Source: Candidatus Omnitrophota bacterium
GTDB taxonomy: Bacteria > Omnitrophota > Gorgyraeia > Zapsychrales > Zapsychraceae
Length of the DNA: 64,000 nucleotides
Assembly (NCBI GenBank): GCA_018812705.1
Contig: JAHJCZ010000097.1
Coordinates: 840-64,839, forward strand
Direction of reading: 5' to 3'
Within the stretch, counting starts at the first letter, position 1, and the number at the start of each line of letters is the position of its first letter. A program made the translations under genes and the position numbers. Below, in pieces: positions 1 to 9,268 of this stretch. The notes beneath the pieces are model-generated. The model made no database searches and was not told the origin of the DNA. It was given only the letters and a program-made list of their open reading frames with translations.

Positions 1-3000
1 AGCCAGCATTCACTATTGTCAGCAGCGCTTCCATCTGAAACAGACTTATCCATCATTAAAGCCCCGCTGTAGATCTTCCTAACTCCTCCGCCCATATCAG
101 GGAAAGTATTAATGTATGCGGCCGGAACATTGGCTGAAGCCGGAGGGTTATCAACCATCAAATCCCCACAACAGCTTGTAACAGCTCCGCAATCCTTAGG
201 ACAGCTTGTTTGGTGCTCCCCAATCAAATTATCACAAATGCCATCACCGCAAAAACCTGTTGGAGCTGGACAGTCCTGAGGACATGACACAGCATCCTCT
301 CCCCCTGCACAAACACCATCTGGACAAAGGGGACAATCCTGCCAACAGGAGCCTGAATTTTCCCCGACTTCACAAGCCCCATTAGGACAAACAGCCGCCC
401 CTCCGCCGGAACAGACCCTGCCAAGCGGGTTAAAATCAAAAGCCGTTCCCGTCTGTGGCCTTAAAGGATGGTTAAATCTAAAATCCCAGATCGGCACACC
501 ATTAGGGAAGAATGTCCTGCCCAAGTTGGTCTGGTCTTGATCTACCCTAGTAACACGAGCCTTTACAGTACCAACGTAGTTAATAATAAAGAAACATCTC
601 TTTGTTCCCCAGTTGTGCGTCTCAGTTTTAATGCTCGGCCATTCTTGAGGTCCCGTCTGCGAAGGATTACACCTTCCCTCACATCTTCCAGGAGTCCTGA
701 CATCAACCCGTACAACGTGCCAAGACCCAGAGCCGACTCCCATCGTTTCATTAAGAGGCGGGCTTTGCCAATAATAGACAGCGGCACTTGGCAAACCATT
801 GTCCGTACCATCCTCATAACTAATTCTGTACTGAATAATGTCTTGCGCAGGACCATTTAAGAAATCACTAAATTTGTTCTCAGCTGTTTGAAAAACTTCT
901 TCAATATTTTTAATTTCGGGTATTCTGTTCTCAAGGAAATTCATTCTGACCGTAAATTTTGCAACTTGGTTTTCAGCCTCTTGGTAGCTCTGATCTACCA
1001 GGTCTTTGTACCCTCCAGGAGCAACATCGGCACAAGAACCACCCGCAGTAACAATGGCATCAAGTATTCCCTGTCTAAAACCAGGCGCTGCTCCCGCATC
1101 AGTTGCCCCGTCCCACCAAAAAGAACAAGACCCCGCATTCGCAAGCTCCGGAACCGGTACCTCTGGAACGCTCGGCACCCAAGGTGACATTGGCGCAGCC
1201 ATTCCGAAGAAATTGATCAGAATGTTATGGTCAATGATAAAAGCTGGGTCTAGTGGTCCCGTTCTCGGATCATGAGCACAAAATGCCTCACAATTAACCG
1301 CACCGATCGGGCCGTCTCCGACAACAGGGTTAAACAAAGAGTTTGCACAATTGATAAACATTTGACTATCCACTGCATCCATTGTTCCTGGATAAGGCGG
1401 AACCGCAGCAGCAGCTAATAAAACGGCTGTTCTAAAATTAGTAGCAGCCCCTCCTGAACACCAGTTACTACATTCTACATTACATTGAGTAATCCAGTTG
1501 ACAATAGGATTTACCCATACAGGAACAGTGTACGGAGCAGCATTAAGGCCATAAGGATCAGTACCTCCTGGGAAAAGGCTTCCGCAAACAGTCTGACAAT
1601 CTGCAACGGACATGTCAGGATCGTCCGGTGCCGGTGGTACAAGAGTAGAAACCCCTAGAGTGTCCCTACAATTTTCAAGAGCTAGCACTACGGCATCATT
1701 GCTCGCTTGAAAAGCAATTGAATCAAAACCTGGAACTAATGACCTCGGCAAGAACTCACAATTAGCTTCATTACAATAATCCCAACATCCTTTAAACTTC
1801 TGAGCATTACCCGTTGCAACACCAGGGTCAGCACCTCCGGTTATTATTGAAACTGGCAGATATTCATTAAAATCAAGGTCGCCATCAACATCAGCTAGAT
1901 CCACTGCCAACAAAATCCTCTGATCGTTAATATTGTAATCAAGACAAGCGGCAACGTCTTCAATATCTCCGGTCACTCCGTTGACATTACTATCAAAAGT
2001 GTTTTCTTCTTTATCATGCTCTTCATGGGCGCCTGCAAAAGTAGCACATCCAGGCATTGGAACACACCACGCATCTCCACACAAGCCGCCTAAACCTACT
2101 TGTGCAACATGGCTAACCCTTAGCAAGTCCACCCTATCCCTAATTTCAGCGAGAGCCGTCAACCATTGCCACAAAATACCCTCTGTTGGGTTAGCAGCTG
2201 TTCCATAACAGTTGTAACATGCCGGGACAGATGTCCTGTCGGCAGGAGGATTTAAAGGCTCTATCCACGGGGCAAGATCTTCATACCAGGAATCAAAGTT
2301 ATTGATCAGCGATTTTTTATCTTTCATTAATAATGTCGTACCGAACCGCAAAAATTCAGAAAGCCCATAATAAACGTCCTCTAAAACATCTTCCGGCCAG
2401 TTAGCTGCAGGCTGAGCTAAAGCGTCCCCGCAAGCACAGTCAGCAGGCACTGTCTGATTGCTTCCATCTCCATCACCCCAATCATTGTCGCATGTCCAAT
2501 CTGCAGGATTATCCGGATCGCCAGCGGGAACAACAAGATGCACCCCGTTTTCATCCAACTGCTCACAAGGCATTTTGCAGCATGGACAGTCATAGGTCAA
2601 GACATTGCCGTTACCGTCATCATCTGTAGTACAGGCAATCCAATTACCAAGATCATCAAGTTCCCAACAGAGACATGGCGCACATACCCCTCCCTCTGAC
2701 TTGTCACAATTCCCAAAATACGGCCACTCTGCATCACTGGCTACATCTCCATCTGAACAAAATCTATCAGAACCTTGCTTCCAGAAACCTAAAGCGGGAT
2801 TGACAACAAGATCATCAAAAGCATCCTGGGCGCATGCACCAGCTGCAGCAATGACGTCGTTAGGAATTCTTATCCTGTCAACAGCGATCGGTGGATCTGT
2901 TGCAACTGCACTGTTTTGTGCTTGTGAAGGAACGACCCATGTCGTATCATAAGTAAGTGTAGCTGGAGCACGAGGCAGTCCTACTACTGACAATCTATTG

Positions 3001-4691
3001 GCTTCCAACTCAGGATGCTCCAATGGCCCCGCAGGTACACAAGCAGGATTTGCATCCCAGAAGCAGTTGTTTGCTGCTGAGGCACCAATACTTAGGTCCC
3101 AGCCCCAGTTAGCCATTCTCCAAAAAACAGGGTAAACGCCTTTCTTGCCATCATCGCCGTCAGGAGCATACCCTTCAAAAAAGCCAGTGACATCTTCCTC
3201 AATAAAAGAGTTAGTATCCCCTACTTGAACAATCAGGCTTCTGTCACCGGGGTTCTTGCGATAAAGCCTGTGTTCATCATCCCTTCCGATCTGTTCCCGA
3301 AGAGACCTGTAACAATCTTGTGGACAATAGTATGGGTTATCTGCGCCATCATCTCCTGCAGAGCCTTCGTTGTTTCTTGGATGATCTTCCCACACGACAT
3401 CTGCCACACCAAGATTGATTTGATCACAAGTTGCAGAAAGAGCCCCACAACAATCATTCGGGTCTGCTTGAAGACAGAAGGTCACATTTGGAACTGATGG
3501 GTCATTATTGTAATTATTCTCAACACCTGTATCAAAAATCCATTTGTATTGATTACCATTTACGATGTTGCCGTTAGAGAATGGCGCCACTTGCTGGGCA
3601 GGCGCCCCGCACGAAACAGACTCTCCACATTGACCTGCCCCAATATCACAACAAACGGGCCTTAAAGTAACATCTGTTCCTGAAAGAGGATCAACCGCGC
3701 CAACAGGAGCACAACAAAAATTTGCCTCAGAAAGCGTTGGCGTAACCGTACATGCCGGATGCGCCGCACCAACAGTAGTACACACACCATTAACAAATAG
3801 CGGGTCAGACAATCCCCACGCCTCATCGACTAGATCAGGGTTACCGTCTCCGTCATTATCAGCATGACAATCTGACGCATAAAGAGCATCATACAGGCAA
3901 TCGCCATGCATAAAATCATCTAAAGCCCTAATAAATGCAAGGATCTCAGTACCATCCGGAGTTTGAATTCTGTTGAGTCTTTGGGTGTAATAAAAACCAA
4001 ATCTTGAAACCATATCATTTGGCACAAGCCCCGTAAAACCCCAATTTCTATCAGTATCCATATCATAAACATCGGCAACCTCACCCGGATCAGTAATAAC
4101 TGTTTGAAGGGCTGTCCTAACACCACTTTCGACAAATTGATTCTTAAGCGACATCGTCTCACCGATTATCTTGTTCCACATGCTAGTAATGCCAGGCTGA
4201 ACTACCGTTGCCTGCATGACAACTGATGCAATAGAAAGAATTATCGCAACAATCGCAAAGGCAATGATATACCCTGCCACCGCAGCAGACCCCCCACTAG
4301 TTACAGGGGCCAGAATAATAGCGATGACCGCAATAATGACAACAATGATCATGGAAATAATTGCCGTAAAAAGACTGGTCTTATCACAAACCTGAAGACT
4401 TCCCTTAAGGTTCTCTTTAACAAGCTTTTGAGCATAACTTGCCATTTGAGAAGCAAGTACACTAGCGGTTTTTTCAGCAGCCATTGAAGTCAGCGTCTTT
4501 GCGCCGCTAAGCCGTCCAAGATTTAAAGTAACCGCATAAAAAATAAGGGCGACTGCTGTCATTATTATCAGTATGATCGCAACTTGCCCTTTAGAATCAG
4601 AGGCTCTTCCTAAAGAACTCCTCTTTTTGGTTAAGGAGCAATTCAGTTTCTTTTTAAGCGCCAAGATGTGCTTGTTTATTCTCTGTATCAA
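1..4691 (-). CDS. Giant secreted Cys-rich TadG-like pseudopilin/adhesin-like protein. 3-prime end lies beyond window position 1; at least 1563 codons are in the window.
   Basis: Manual reverse-complement translation is open from a stop at 4731-4733 down to position 1. Candidate TTG start at 4691-4689 follows an AAGAGG RBS; an alternative TTG lies at 4664. The N-terminus (KKKLNCSLTKKRSSLGRASDSKGQVAIILIIMTAVALIFYAV) resembles a TadE/TadG-type class III signal plus TM. The body has many Cys and acidic Ca-binding-like motifs (DNDGDGNPD, DDDGNGN, DWGDGDG). Three C-terminal 20-aa Cys repeats are encoded at about 196-420 (CPNGACEVGENSGSCWQDCP, CPDGVCAGGEDAVSCPQDCP, CGDGICDNLIGEHQTSCPKDCG). It is absent from the ORF track, probably because no stop codon falls inside the window. 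Confidence 0.7.
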   Translation of the reverse strand, partial: MIQRINKHILALKKKLNCSLTKKRSSLGRASDSKGQVAIILIIMTAVALIFYAVTLNLGRLSGAKTLTSMAAEKTASVLASQMASYAQKLVKENLKGSLQVCDKTSLFTAIISMIIVVIIAVIAIILAPVTSGGSAAVAGYIIAFAIVAIILSIASVVMQATVVQPGITSMWNKIIGETMSLKNQFVESGVRTALQTVITDPGEVADVYDMDTDRNWGFTGLVPNDMVSRFGFYYTQRLNRIQTPDGTEILAFIRALDDFMHGDCLYDALYASDCHADNDGDGNPDLVDEAWGLSDPLFVNGVCTTVGAAHPACTVTPTLSEANFCCAPVGAVDPLSGTDVTLRPVCCDIGAGQCGESVSCGAPAQQVAPFSNGNIVNGNQYKWIFDTGVENNYNNDPSVPNVTFCLQADPNDCCGALSATCDQINLGVADVVWEDHPRNNEGSAGDDGADNPYYCPQDCYRSLREQIGRDDEHRLYRKNPGDRSLIVQVGDTNSFIEEDVTGFFEGYAPDGDDGKKGVYPVFWRMANWGWDLSIGASAANNCFWDANPACVPAGPLEHPELEANRLSVVGLPRAPATLTYDTTWVVPSQAQNSAVATDPPIAVDRIRIPNDVIAAAGACAQDAFDDLVVNPALGFWKQGSDRFCSDGDVASDAEWPYFGNCDKSEGGVCAPCLCWELDDLGNWIACTTDDDGNGNVLTYDCPCCKMPCEQLDENGVHLVVPAGDPDNPADWTCDNDWGDGDGSNQTVPADCACGDALAQPAANWPEDVLEDVYYGLSEFLRFGTTLLMKDKKSLINNFDSWYEDLAPWIEPLNPPADRTSVPACYNCYGTAANPTEGILWQWLTALAEIRDRVDLLRVSHVAQVGLGGLCGDAWCVPMPGCATFAGAHEEHDKEENTFDSNVNGVTGDIEDVAACLDYNINDQRILLAVDLADVDGDLDFNEYLPVSIITGGADPGVATGNAQKFKGCWDYCNEANCEFLPRSLVPGFDSIAFQASNDAVVLALENCRDTLGVSTLVPPAPDDPDMSVADCQTVCGSLFPGGTDPYGLNAAPYTVPVWVNPIVNWITQCNVECSNWCSGGAATNFRTAVLLAAAAVPPYPGTMDAVDSQMFINCANSLFNPVVGDGPIGAVNCEAFCAHDPRTGPLDPAFIIDHNILINFFGMAAPMSPWVPSVPEVPVPELANAGSCSFWWDGATDAGAAPGFRQGILDAIVTAGGSCADVAPGGYKDLVDQSYQEAENQVAKFTVRMNFLENRIPEIKNIEEVFQTAENKFSDFLNGPAQDIIQYRISYEDGTDNGLPSAAVYYWQSPPLNETMGVGSGSWHVVRVDVRTPGRCEGRCNPSQTGPQEWPSIKTETHNWGTKRCFFIINYVGTVKARVTRVDQDQTNLGRTFFPNGVPIWDFRFNHPLRPQTGTAFDFNPLGRVCSGGGAAVCPNGACEVGENSGSCWQDCPLCPDGVCAGGEDAVSCPQDCPAPTGFCGDGICDNLIGEHQTSCPKDCGAVTSCCGDLMVDNPPASANVPAAYINTFPDMGGGVRKIYSGALMMDKSVSDGSAADNSECW

Positions 4692-4828
4692 TTCACATAC
4701 CTCTTTAAAAACTATTTTTTCTATTCTACATCAAAAACAAATCTTTTAAAAAGCTTTAATTCTTTTTCTATCTCTCTGTTCCAACACTGTCTTTCTATCA
4801 TTAACCAACAACAAAACATCCAGAACTA

Positions 4829-5068
4829 TTATGGCATCCAAATCGCGTTCAGCGGGATAGGCTCGTAAAAATACGTATCCAGCTGCTGCCCAATCGACCC
4901 TCCCGACCTTAACAAATCATGATGCGCCTGTCTTCTTGCAACAGGGTCCCTTGAAACCCATCCCATGATCTGTACCATGCTCCACAGCATCAAAAGAATA
5001 ATGAACATACAGAAGGTAAATTCTATCAAAACCTGACCCTTAGATCTTTTTGCCTTTTTTAAAAACAT
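4829..5068 (-). CDS. TadE-like minor pseudopilin (79 aa)
   Basis: N-terminal KRSKGQVLIEFTFCMFIILLML matches the TadE/Flp-type prepilin motif (G then xxxxE[FY]) followed by a hydrophobic helix. It lies between two other pseudopilin-like genes. Confidence 0.55.
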   Translation of the reverse strand: MFLKKAKRSKGQVLIEFTFCMFIILLMLWSMVQIMGWVSRDPVARRQAHHDLLRSGGSIGQQLDTYFYEPIPLNAIWMP

Positions 5069-5101
5069 TGACTTTTTCCCTTTTTTCTCTGTTCAAAGTA
5101 C

Positions 5102-6439
5102 TTATCGCATAAATTCAACGTACGGTTCGTCGGTTGTATCAGTAACCCATCTACGTCCACGTCTATCCGCTATTCTGCTCCTAATAAAAATGTACCTGTC
5201 TCTAATTGCCATGCAGGTAAGAGGCGTATTCCCGCCAAAACATTCTTGCCGCATGTTAACACAAACCTCAATGGGATTTGGCACGCTAGTATCGTCCCCA
5301 ACAAAAGGCGGGACCGTTCGATCAGCATTACAGAACCTCCCGGGTGTAAAATTGCTTAACAGTACCTCCCTTTGAATAATATCAACCTGATCTTTCTTTT
5401 TGGCTGTTCTAATAAACTGTCTTCCTGGAGAGGTCGCATAAAGACGTCCTTCTTCTATTAATGCATAAGTGCCTTCTTCTCCCGGCCTTTGCCCTCTTAA
5501 GAATGTAAAGACCTCCGTATCTCTTTGAAGACCTGGCCGTTCACCGGGGTCCCCTTCTTCCCAAGTACCATCAATATCTCCAGCACCATAATCAATAGCA
5601 TGTATTGAAGTAACAACTCCGTTTGCATCTGAAGTTACGCTGTAAACCGTTTCTTCCATGTAATCTCCATCAACATCATAAGACACCTGTGATGTTTCCA
5701 TCGCAACGTTTCCAGGAAGAAGCGTTCCTCCTCCAGCTTTAGTTTCAAAAGCATATCTGATTTTCCATTGCCAAGAGAAATTGGACCTCATTGCTACTGG
5801 CACCTCGCTCGAGTCTCCATCTCTGTCAAGATCAAAACACGCGTCACAGCCTGCATCCCAATCATCTATGCCAGGGTGATTAGGAATTTTCTCGTAAACA
5901 GCAACGCAGCCAACAATAGCGCCCGATGCTAATCTTGCACAATTGTCTTGCCATGTAGGATGTCCATCGACTAACCCTCCAATGTTTGTAAAACTGGCGC
6001 TTGAAAAAGGAAAATGTTGACCATTTATCCAATAGTCCGTAACTGATAAACTGAAATTTTCATTGGAATCAATGTTAAGAAATAGGTTTCTGCTGTGCGT
6101 GCCTGATCCTGACAGCATGTAAGGAACTCTATCGACTGTACCATATTTCGCGCTTGAGGCAGTTAGCCTGTCTTCGATCAAAACAACCGCAGCCGAATTT
6201 CTTGAAGCATTATTATCGCCATGACTTCCCATCTGTCCTGAAGTGTACATGTACGACATTCTCATTGCCATTCTCATTGCCTTCAAAGCCTGGCCCTGCT
6301 GATATCCATAACCAAGCGCGCTTCGAACAATAAGACCCATCGTAAAAATAAATATTGATCCAAAAACCGCCAATTCCATTGCGGTTTGGCCCGATTCTTT
6401 GACCAGCTTAAAATAACGTTTCTTTCTAAATAAGTTCAT
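5102..6439 (-). CDS. TadE/TadF-like pseudopilin with large C-terminal extracellular domain (445 aa)
   Basis: N-terminus ESGQTAMELAVFGSIFIFTMGLIV fits a TadE-like prepilin. The C-terminal domain is rich in Asp/Gly motifs (DLDRDGDSSE, DVDGDYMEE, GAGDIDGTWEEGDPGE) suggestive of Ca binding. Confidence 0.6.
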   Translation of the reverse strand: MNLFRKKRYFKLVKESGQTAMELAVFGSIFIFTMGLIVRSALGYGYQQGQALKAMRMAMRMSYMYTSGQMGSHGDNNASRNSAAVVLIEDRLTASSAKYGTVDRVPYMLSGSGTHSRNLFLNIDSNENFSLSVTDYWINGQHFPFSSASFTNIGGLVDGHPTWQDNCARLASGAIVGCVAVYEKIPNHPGIDDWDAGCDACFDLDRDGDSSEVPVAMRSNFSWQWKIRYAFETKAGGGTLLPGNVAMETSQVSYDVDGDYMEETVYSVTSDANGVVTSIHAIDYGAGDIDGTWEEGDPGERPGLQRDTEVFTFLRGQRPGEEGTYALIEEGRLYATSPGRQFIRTAKKKDQVDIIQREVLLSNFTPGRFCNADRTVPPFVGDDTSVPNPIEVCVNMRQECFGGNTPLTCMAIRDRYIFIRSRIADRRGRRWVTDTTDEPYVEFMR

Positions 6440-6483
6440 ATCGCCCCTAAAACCATCAGCTTCTGAAAACCTTGAAAATAAAC

Positions 6484-6798
6484 TTAATATGCCCCAGAGG
6501 AAACATATCCAGATTTTGTTTCAACAACATTTGTCATATCTCTTCGAGATGTCCACCAACCTTCAGATGTGTTTAAAGAAATGATCTGCGTGTCCGTGTT
6601 TGAAACTATCCTATGGACGACCATTGTGTTTCCCGTTCTAGGATCATACTGTTCTCCTAGTTCGTCAACTGCAGTTTTCCATCTTCCCTGCAATCCTCTT
6701 TTAAAATAATTACCTATTGATAAAAAAGCTGCAAGAATAACTGTCATCAAGACCAGAAACTCCATTGATGTTTGCCCTTTTTTTATTAGTTTAAACAT
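6484..6798 (-). CDS. Flp-family type IVb pilin, extended (104 aa)
   Basis: KKGQTSMEFLVLMTVILAAFLS carries the Flp prepilin motif (G/xxxxE[YF] plus hydrophobic helix). It shares the YFKRGLQGRWKTAVDELGEQ block with its paralogues. Confidence 0.7.
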   Translation of the reverse strand: MFKLIKKGQTSMEFLVLMTVILAAFLSIGNYFKRGLQGRWKTAVDELGEQYDPRTGNTMVVHRIVSNTDTQIISLNTSEGWWTSRRDMTNVVETKSGYVSSGAY

Positions 6799-6831
6799 AA
6801 TATCTCCTGTTTCAATAGCAACTTCACTTTT

Positions 6832-7182
6832 TTAATCGTTCTCTTGAAAACCTAAACCTGTTTCAGTCGTTGATTCAGAATGCATCCGATCATTATAGTA
6901 ATGAGTTACGACGCCAGCACTTTCTCCTCTTGTTGTTTCTGTTGCCGCGTCAACATCAACAAAAGCATTTACCATGAACCCTTCTTCTATGTCAAAAATC
7001 TGATCCGCATTCCTTTGAGTTCCAATTTGATCGGCAACTGTCTTTATCATTCCCTGCGTGCCTCTTTTAAGGAACGTCCCCATATTAAAAAATATAACCG
7101 TAACCATTCCGACTATTAATGAGTACTCCAGAATGCTTTGAGCCTTATTATTTTTCCAAAATTTCAAATTTACCTTAAACAT
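6832..7182 (-). CDS. Flp-family pilin paralogue, extended (116 aa)
   Basis: NNKAQSILEYSLIVGMVTVIFF Flp motif, plus the conserved FLKRGTQGMIKTVADQIGTQ block. Confidence 0.7.
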   Translation of the reverse strand: MFKVNLKFWKNNKAQSILEYSLIVGMVTVIFFNMGTFLKRGTQGMIKTVADQIGTQRNADQIFDIEEGFMVNAFVDVDAATETTRGESAGVVTHYYNDRMHSESTTETGLGFQEND

Positions 7183-7203
7183 TTTTCCCTCTAAACTAGC
7201 GTA

Positions 7204-7587
7204 CTATTCATATTCCCTATCTGCTTCCCTTGGAGGCTTTGTCACGCTTGTTGTCATTATTCTTGAAAGATCATCATATTCCATTCTGTAAACGCCGCTA
7301 GTGCCTCCCTCGGCAAGAGAAGTTCTTGATCTAAGGCTACGATAAGTTTCTGAATCAGTGTTCTGATAATAAGGCTCATAATGAAAGAATATGTTGCCAT
7401 TGAAGAAACCTGCTGATTGATTTCTTGTGAGCCTGACCATTGAATCTCTGGCATCATAAATTCTTCCCTGAACCACCCTTTGAAAATATGTACTCATTGC
7501 TGTTATTACTCCGATAGCAACAAAAAAAACTATAACATATTCCCCCATAACCGCCTGAGCTTTATTATTTTTAATAATTCTTAGCAT
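7204..7587 (-). CDS. Flp-family pilin paralogue, extended (127 aa)
   Basis: NNKAQAVMGEYVIVFFVAIGVITAM Flp motif. It shares YEPYYQNTDSETY with the 8281..8643 paralogue. Confidence 0.65.
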   Translation of the reverse strand: MLRIIKNNKAQAVMGEYVIVFFVAIGVITAMSTYFQRVVQGRIYDARDSMVRLTRNQSAGFFNGNIFFHYEPYYQNTDSETYRSLRSRTSLAEGGTSGVYRMEYDDLSRIMTTSVTKPPREADREYE

Positions 7588-7780
7588 AAAAAATGCTTCC
7601 CCTTAAAAATTTTAATAGTCATATAATAAGTATACATTATTTTTATCTGATTGAATAGAGTAGGTATCTTTTTTTTGGATTGATAACTTTAACAGTACCA
7701 TAAACTTAAAGAAATCCCTTTTATTGTTTTTGCACAATTTAACAAAAAACCAACTCAAAAATAAAAAACACAGAATCTTT

Positions 7781-7836
7781 TTTTTACGCAAAAAAAAATC
7801 CGGCTTGCCGAAAAACTATTTCTCGACAAACCGGAT
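7781..7836 (-). terminator. Rho-independent terminator on the minus strand between the flp sub-operons
   Basis: Read on the minus strand: ATCCGGTTTG, 19-nt loop, CAAGCCGGAT (10-bp stem with one G-U), then TTTTTTTT. It sits just downstream of the pilin gene ending at 7881. Confidence 0.6.
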
Positions 7837-7880
7837 CTATGTTTCAAACTAAGAACCTATTTTTTACAAAACACCGTTTA

Positions 7881-8249
7881 TTAGCTTCCCCAATATTCTT
7901 GCTCAATATTAGCAATTCTTGAAGTTCCTTGGGTAACTGTTGCTTCGTCGTTAAGTAAAGATGAAGTTACAACGCCGCCGATATTTGTATCAGACGTATA
8001 ACTTACAGTTCTTACTGTTTTTTGTACGTTTGTGTTTCCAGGGGAGAATTGCTCTCCGATATCATCAGCCGCACCTTTTAAGCGACCCTGAATACCTCTC
8101 TTAATGTAGACCTGAATAGAGACAAGAGCACCAATGATAATAATTATCAAAATTGCATATTCTAGTGTGCTCTGGCCTTTCTTTCTTCTTCTATTTAAAT
8201 ATTCAAACATTGTTTTAGCCTCCTTAATTTTACCTCTTCTAAAGAGCAC
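7881..8249 (-). CDS. Flp-family pilin paralogue (true start probably the internal Met at about 8210, MFEYLNRRRKKGQSTLEY)
   Basis: KKGQSTLEYAILIIIIIGALVS Flp motif and the IKRGIQGRLKGAADDIGEQFSP conserved block. Confidence 0.7.
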   Translation of the reverse strand: MLFRRGKIKEAKTMFEYLNRRRKKGQSTLEYAILIIIIIGALVSIQVYIKRGIQGRLKGAADDIGEQFSPGNTNVQKTVRTVSYTSDTNIGGVVTSSLLNDEATVTQGTSRIANIEQEYWGS

Positions 8250-8280
8250 TTCTTATGTTACTAACTGATCAGGTCTACTA

Positions 8281-8643
8281 TTAAAGACCGTTTTGAATAC
8301 CAGCAACCGATACGTCATAAGAAGTTGTCTGACGACCACCCGCTGTTCTTGTTCTAGTAGAATTTTCACCTTTCAAAATAGCATCTGCATCATAACTTTC
8401 GGTCATAGTTTCATCCCGAATAATGTTATAAGTAGTTGATAGATAATAAGGTTCATATTGTACTGTGTTGCCTAAACCATTAGTTTGTGTAGCAAGGTGC
8501 TGTGCGGCATCACGAACTCTTGCCTGCAATGCTCTTTGAGCATACGTTTGCATGGCAATAATACCAGCAACAACCAGAGATATCAAAATTGCATACTCGG
8601 CTGTGTTTTGCGCTTTTTTATTTTTAATCAATTTTCTAAGCAT
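8281..8643 (-). CDS. Flp-family pilin paralogue, extended (120 aa)
   Basis: NKKAQNTAEYAILISLVVAGIIAM Flp motif. Confidence 0.7.
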   Translation of the reverse strand: MLRKLIKNKKAQNTAEYAILISLVVAGIIAMQTYAQRALQARVRDAAQHLATQTNGLGNTVQYEPYYLSTTYNIIRDETMTESYDADAILKGENSTRTRTAGGRQTTSYDVSVAGIQNGL

Positions 8644-8702
8644 TGATTTTACCTCCTAATTTTAACTTCTCCAAATAACTGGATTCCTTCTTGTTCTCCT
8701 GA

Positions 8703-8933
8703 TTAAGGGGTACTGTTAGCAGCAGGTCTTGATGCAGCTAATCTGTCTGCCATGTCTTCCATTCCGTCTGTTCCAGAGTTGATAGTTGTGTTAAAAGCAT
8801 TCTGGAATGGCCCGCCTGGTCCTAAGAATATAATGAGCGCTGCTAAAACAGCAGCAATCAAAATAATGTACTCAACTGTGCTCTGGCCTCTTTTCTTTTT
8901 GCCAGATGTTTTATGAATCATCCTTTTAAGCAT
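8703..8933 (-). CDS. Flp-family pilin (76 aa)
   Basis: KKRGQSTVEYIILIAAVLAALIIF Flp motif. Confidence 0.7.
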   Translation of the reverse strand: MLKRMIHKTSGKKKRGQSTVEYIILIAAVLAALIIFLGPGGPFQNAFNTTINSGTDGMEDMADRLAASRPAANSTP

Positions 8934-9076
8934 TATTTATCCTCCTTCGATAATAACAATCCCTGTTACTAAACAAGGGCTTTTGCTTAATTAAGCCTAA
9001 AAATACACTAATTTTTAAGCCTTACGAAAGAATTGACTCAGAAATAATTTTCTGATCGTCTTTCCTCGCGTAAATG

Positions 9077-9268
9077 TTATTGTGATGCTTTGAATTCTTC
9101 TTGTATTACCTGCTGGGTAGCCTGAACTGACCTATACACGTAGGTACTCATAGCGACAACCGCTACGGAAATAAGAGCTGCGACCATGGCATATTCAATT
9201 AGATTTTGACCTTTATGATTCCAATTTTCCACTTTTTTGTTCCTCGCCATACCGCAACTACCTAACAT
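9077..9268 (-). CDS. Flp-family pilin (about 57 aa from the internal Met at about 9250)
   Basis: MARNKKVENWNHKGQNLIEYAMVAALISVAVVAM; classic short Flp. Confidence 0.7.
   Translation of the reverse strand: MLGSCGMARNKKVENWNHKGQNLIEYAMVAALISVAVVAMSTYVYRSVQATQQVIQEEFKASQ

Noticed and set aside
224-4162. Short track ORFs (224..439-, 468..860+, 563..856-, 888..1187+, 1006..1275+, 1981..2208+, 2605..2952+, 3225..3497+, 3233..3457-, 3920..4162-) as independent genes
   Set aside because: All lie inside, or antisense to, the single long minus-strand reading frame of the giant Cys-rich protein. Their products are low-complexity out-of-frame translations.
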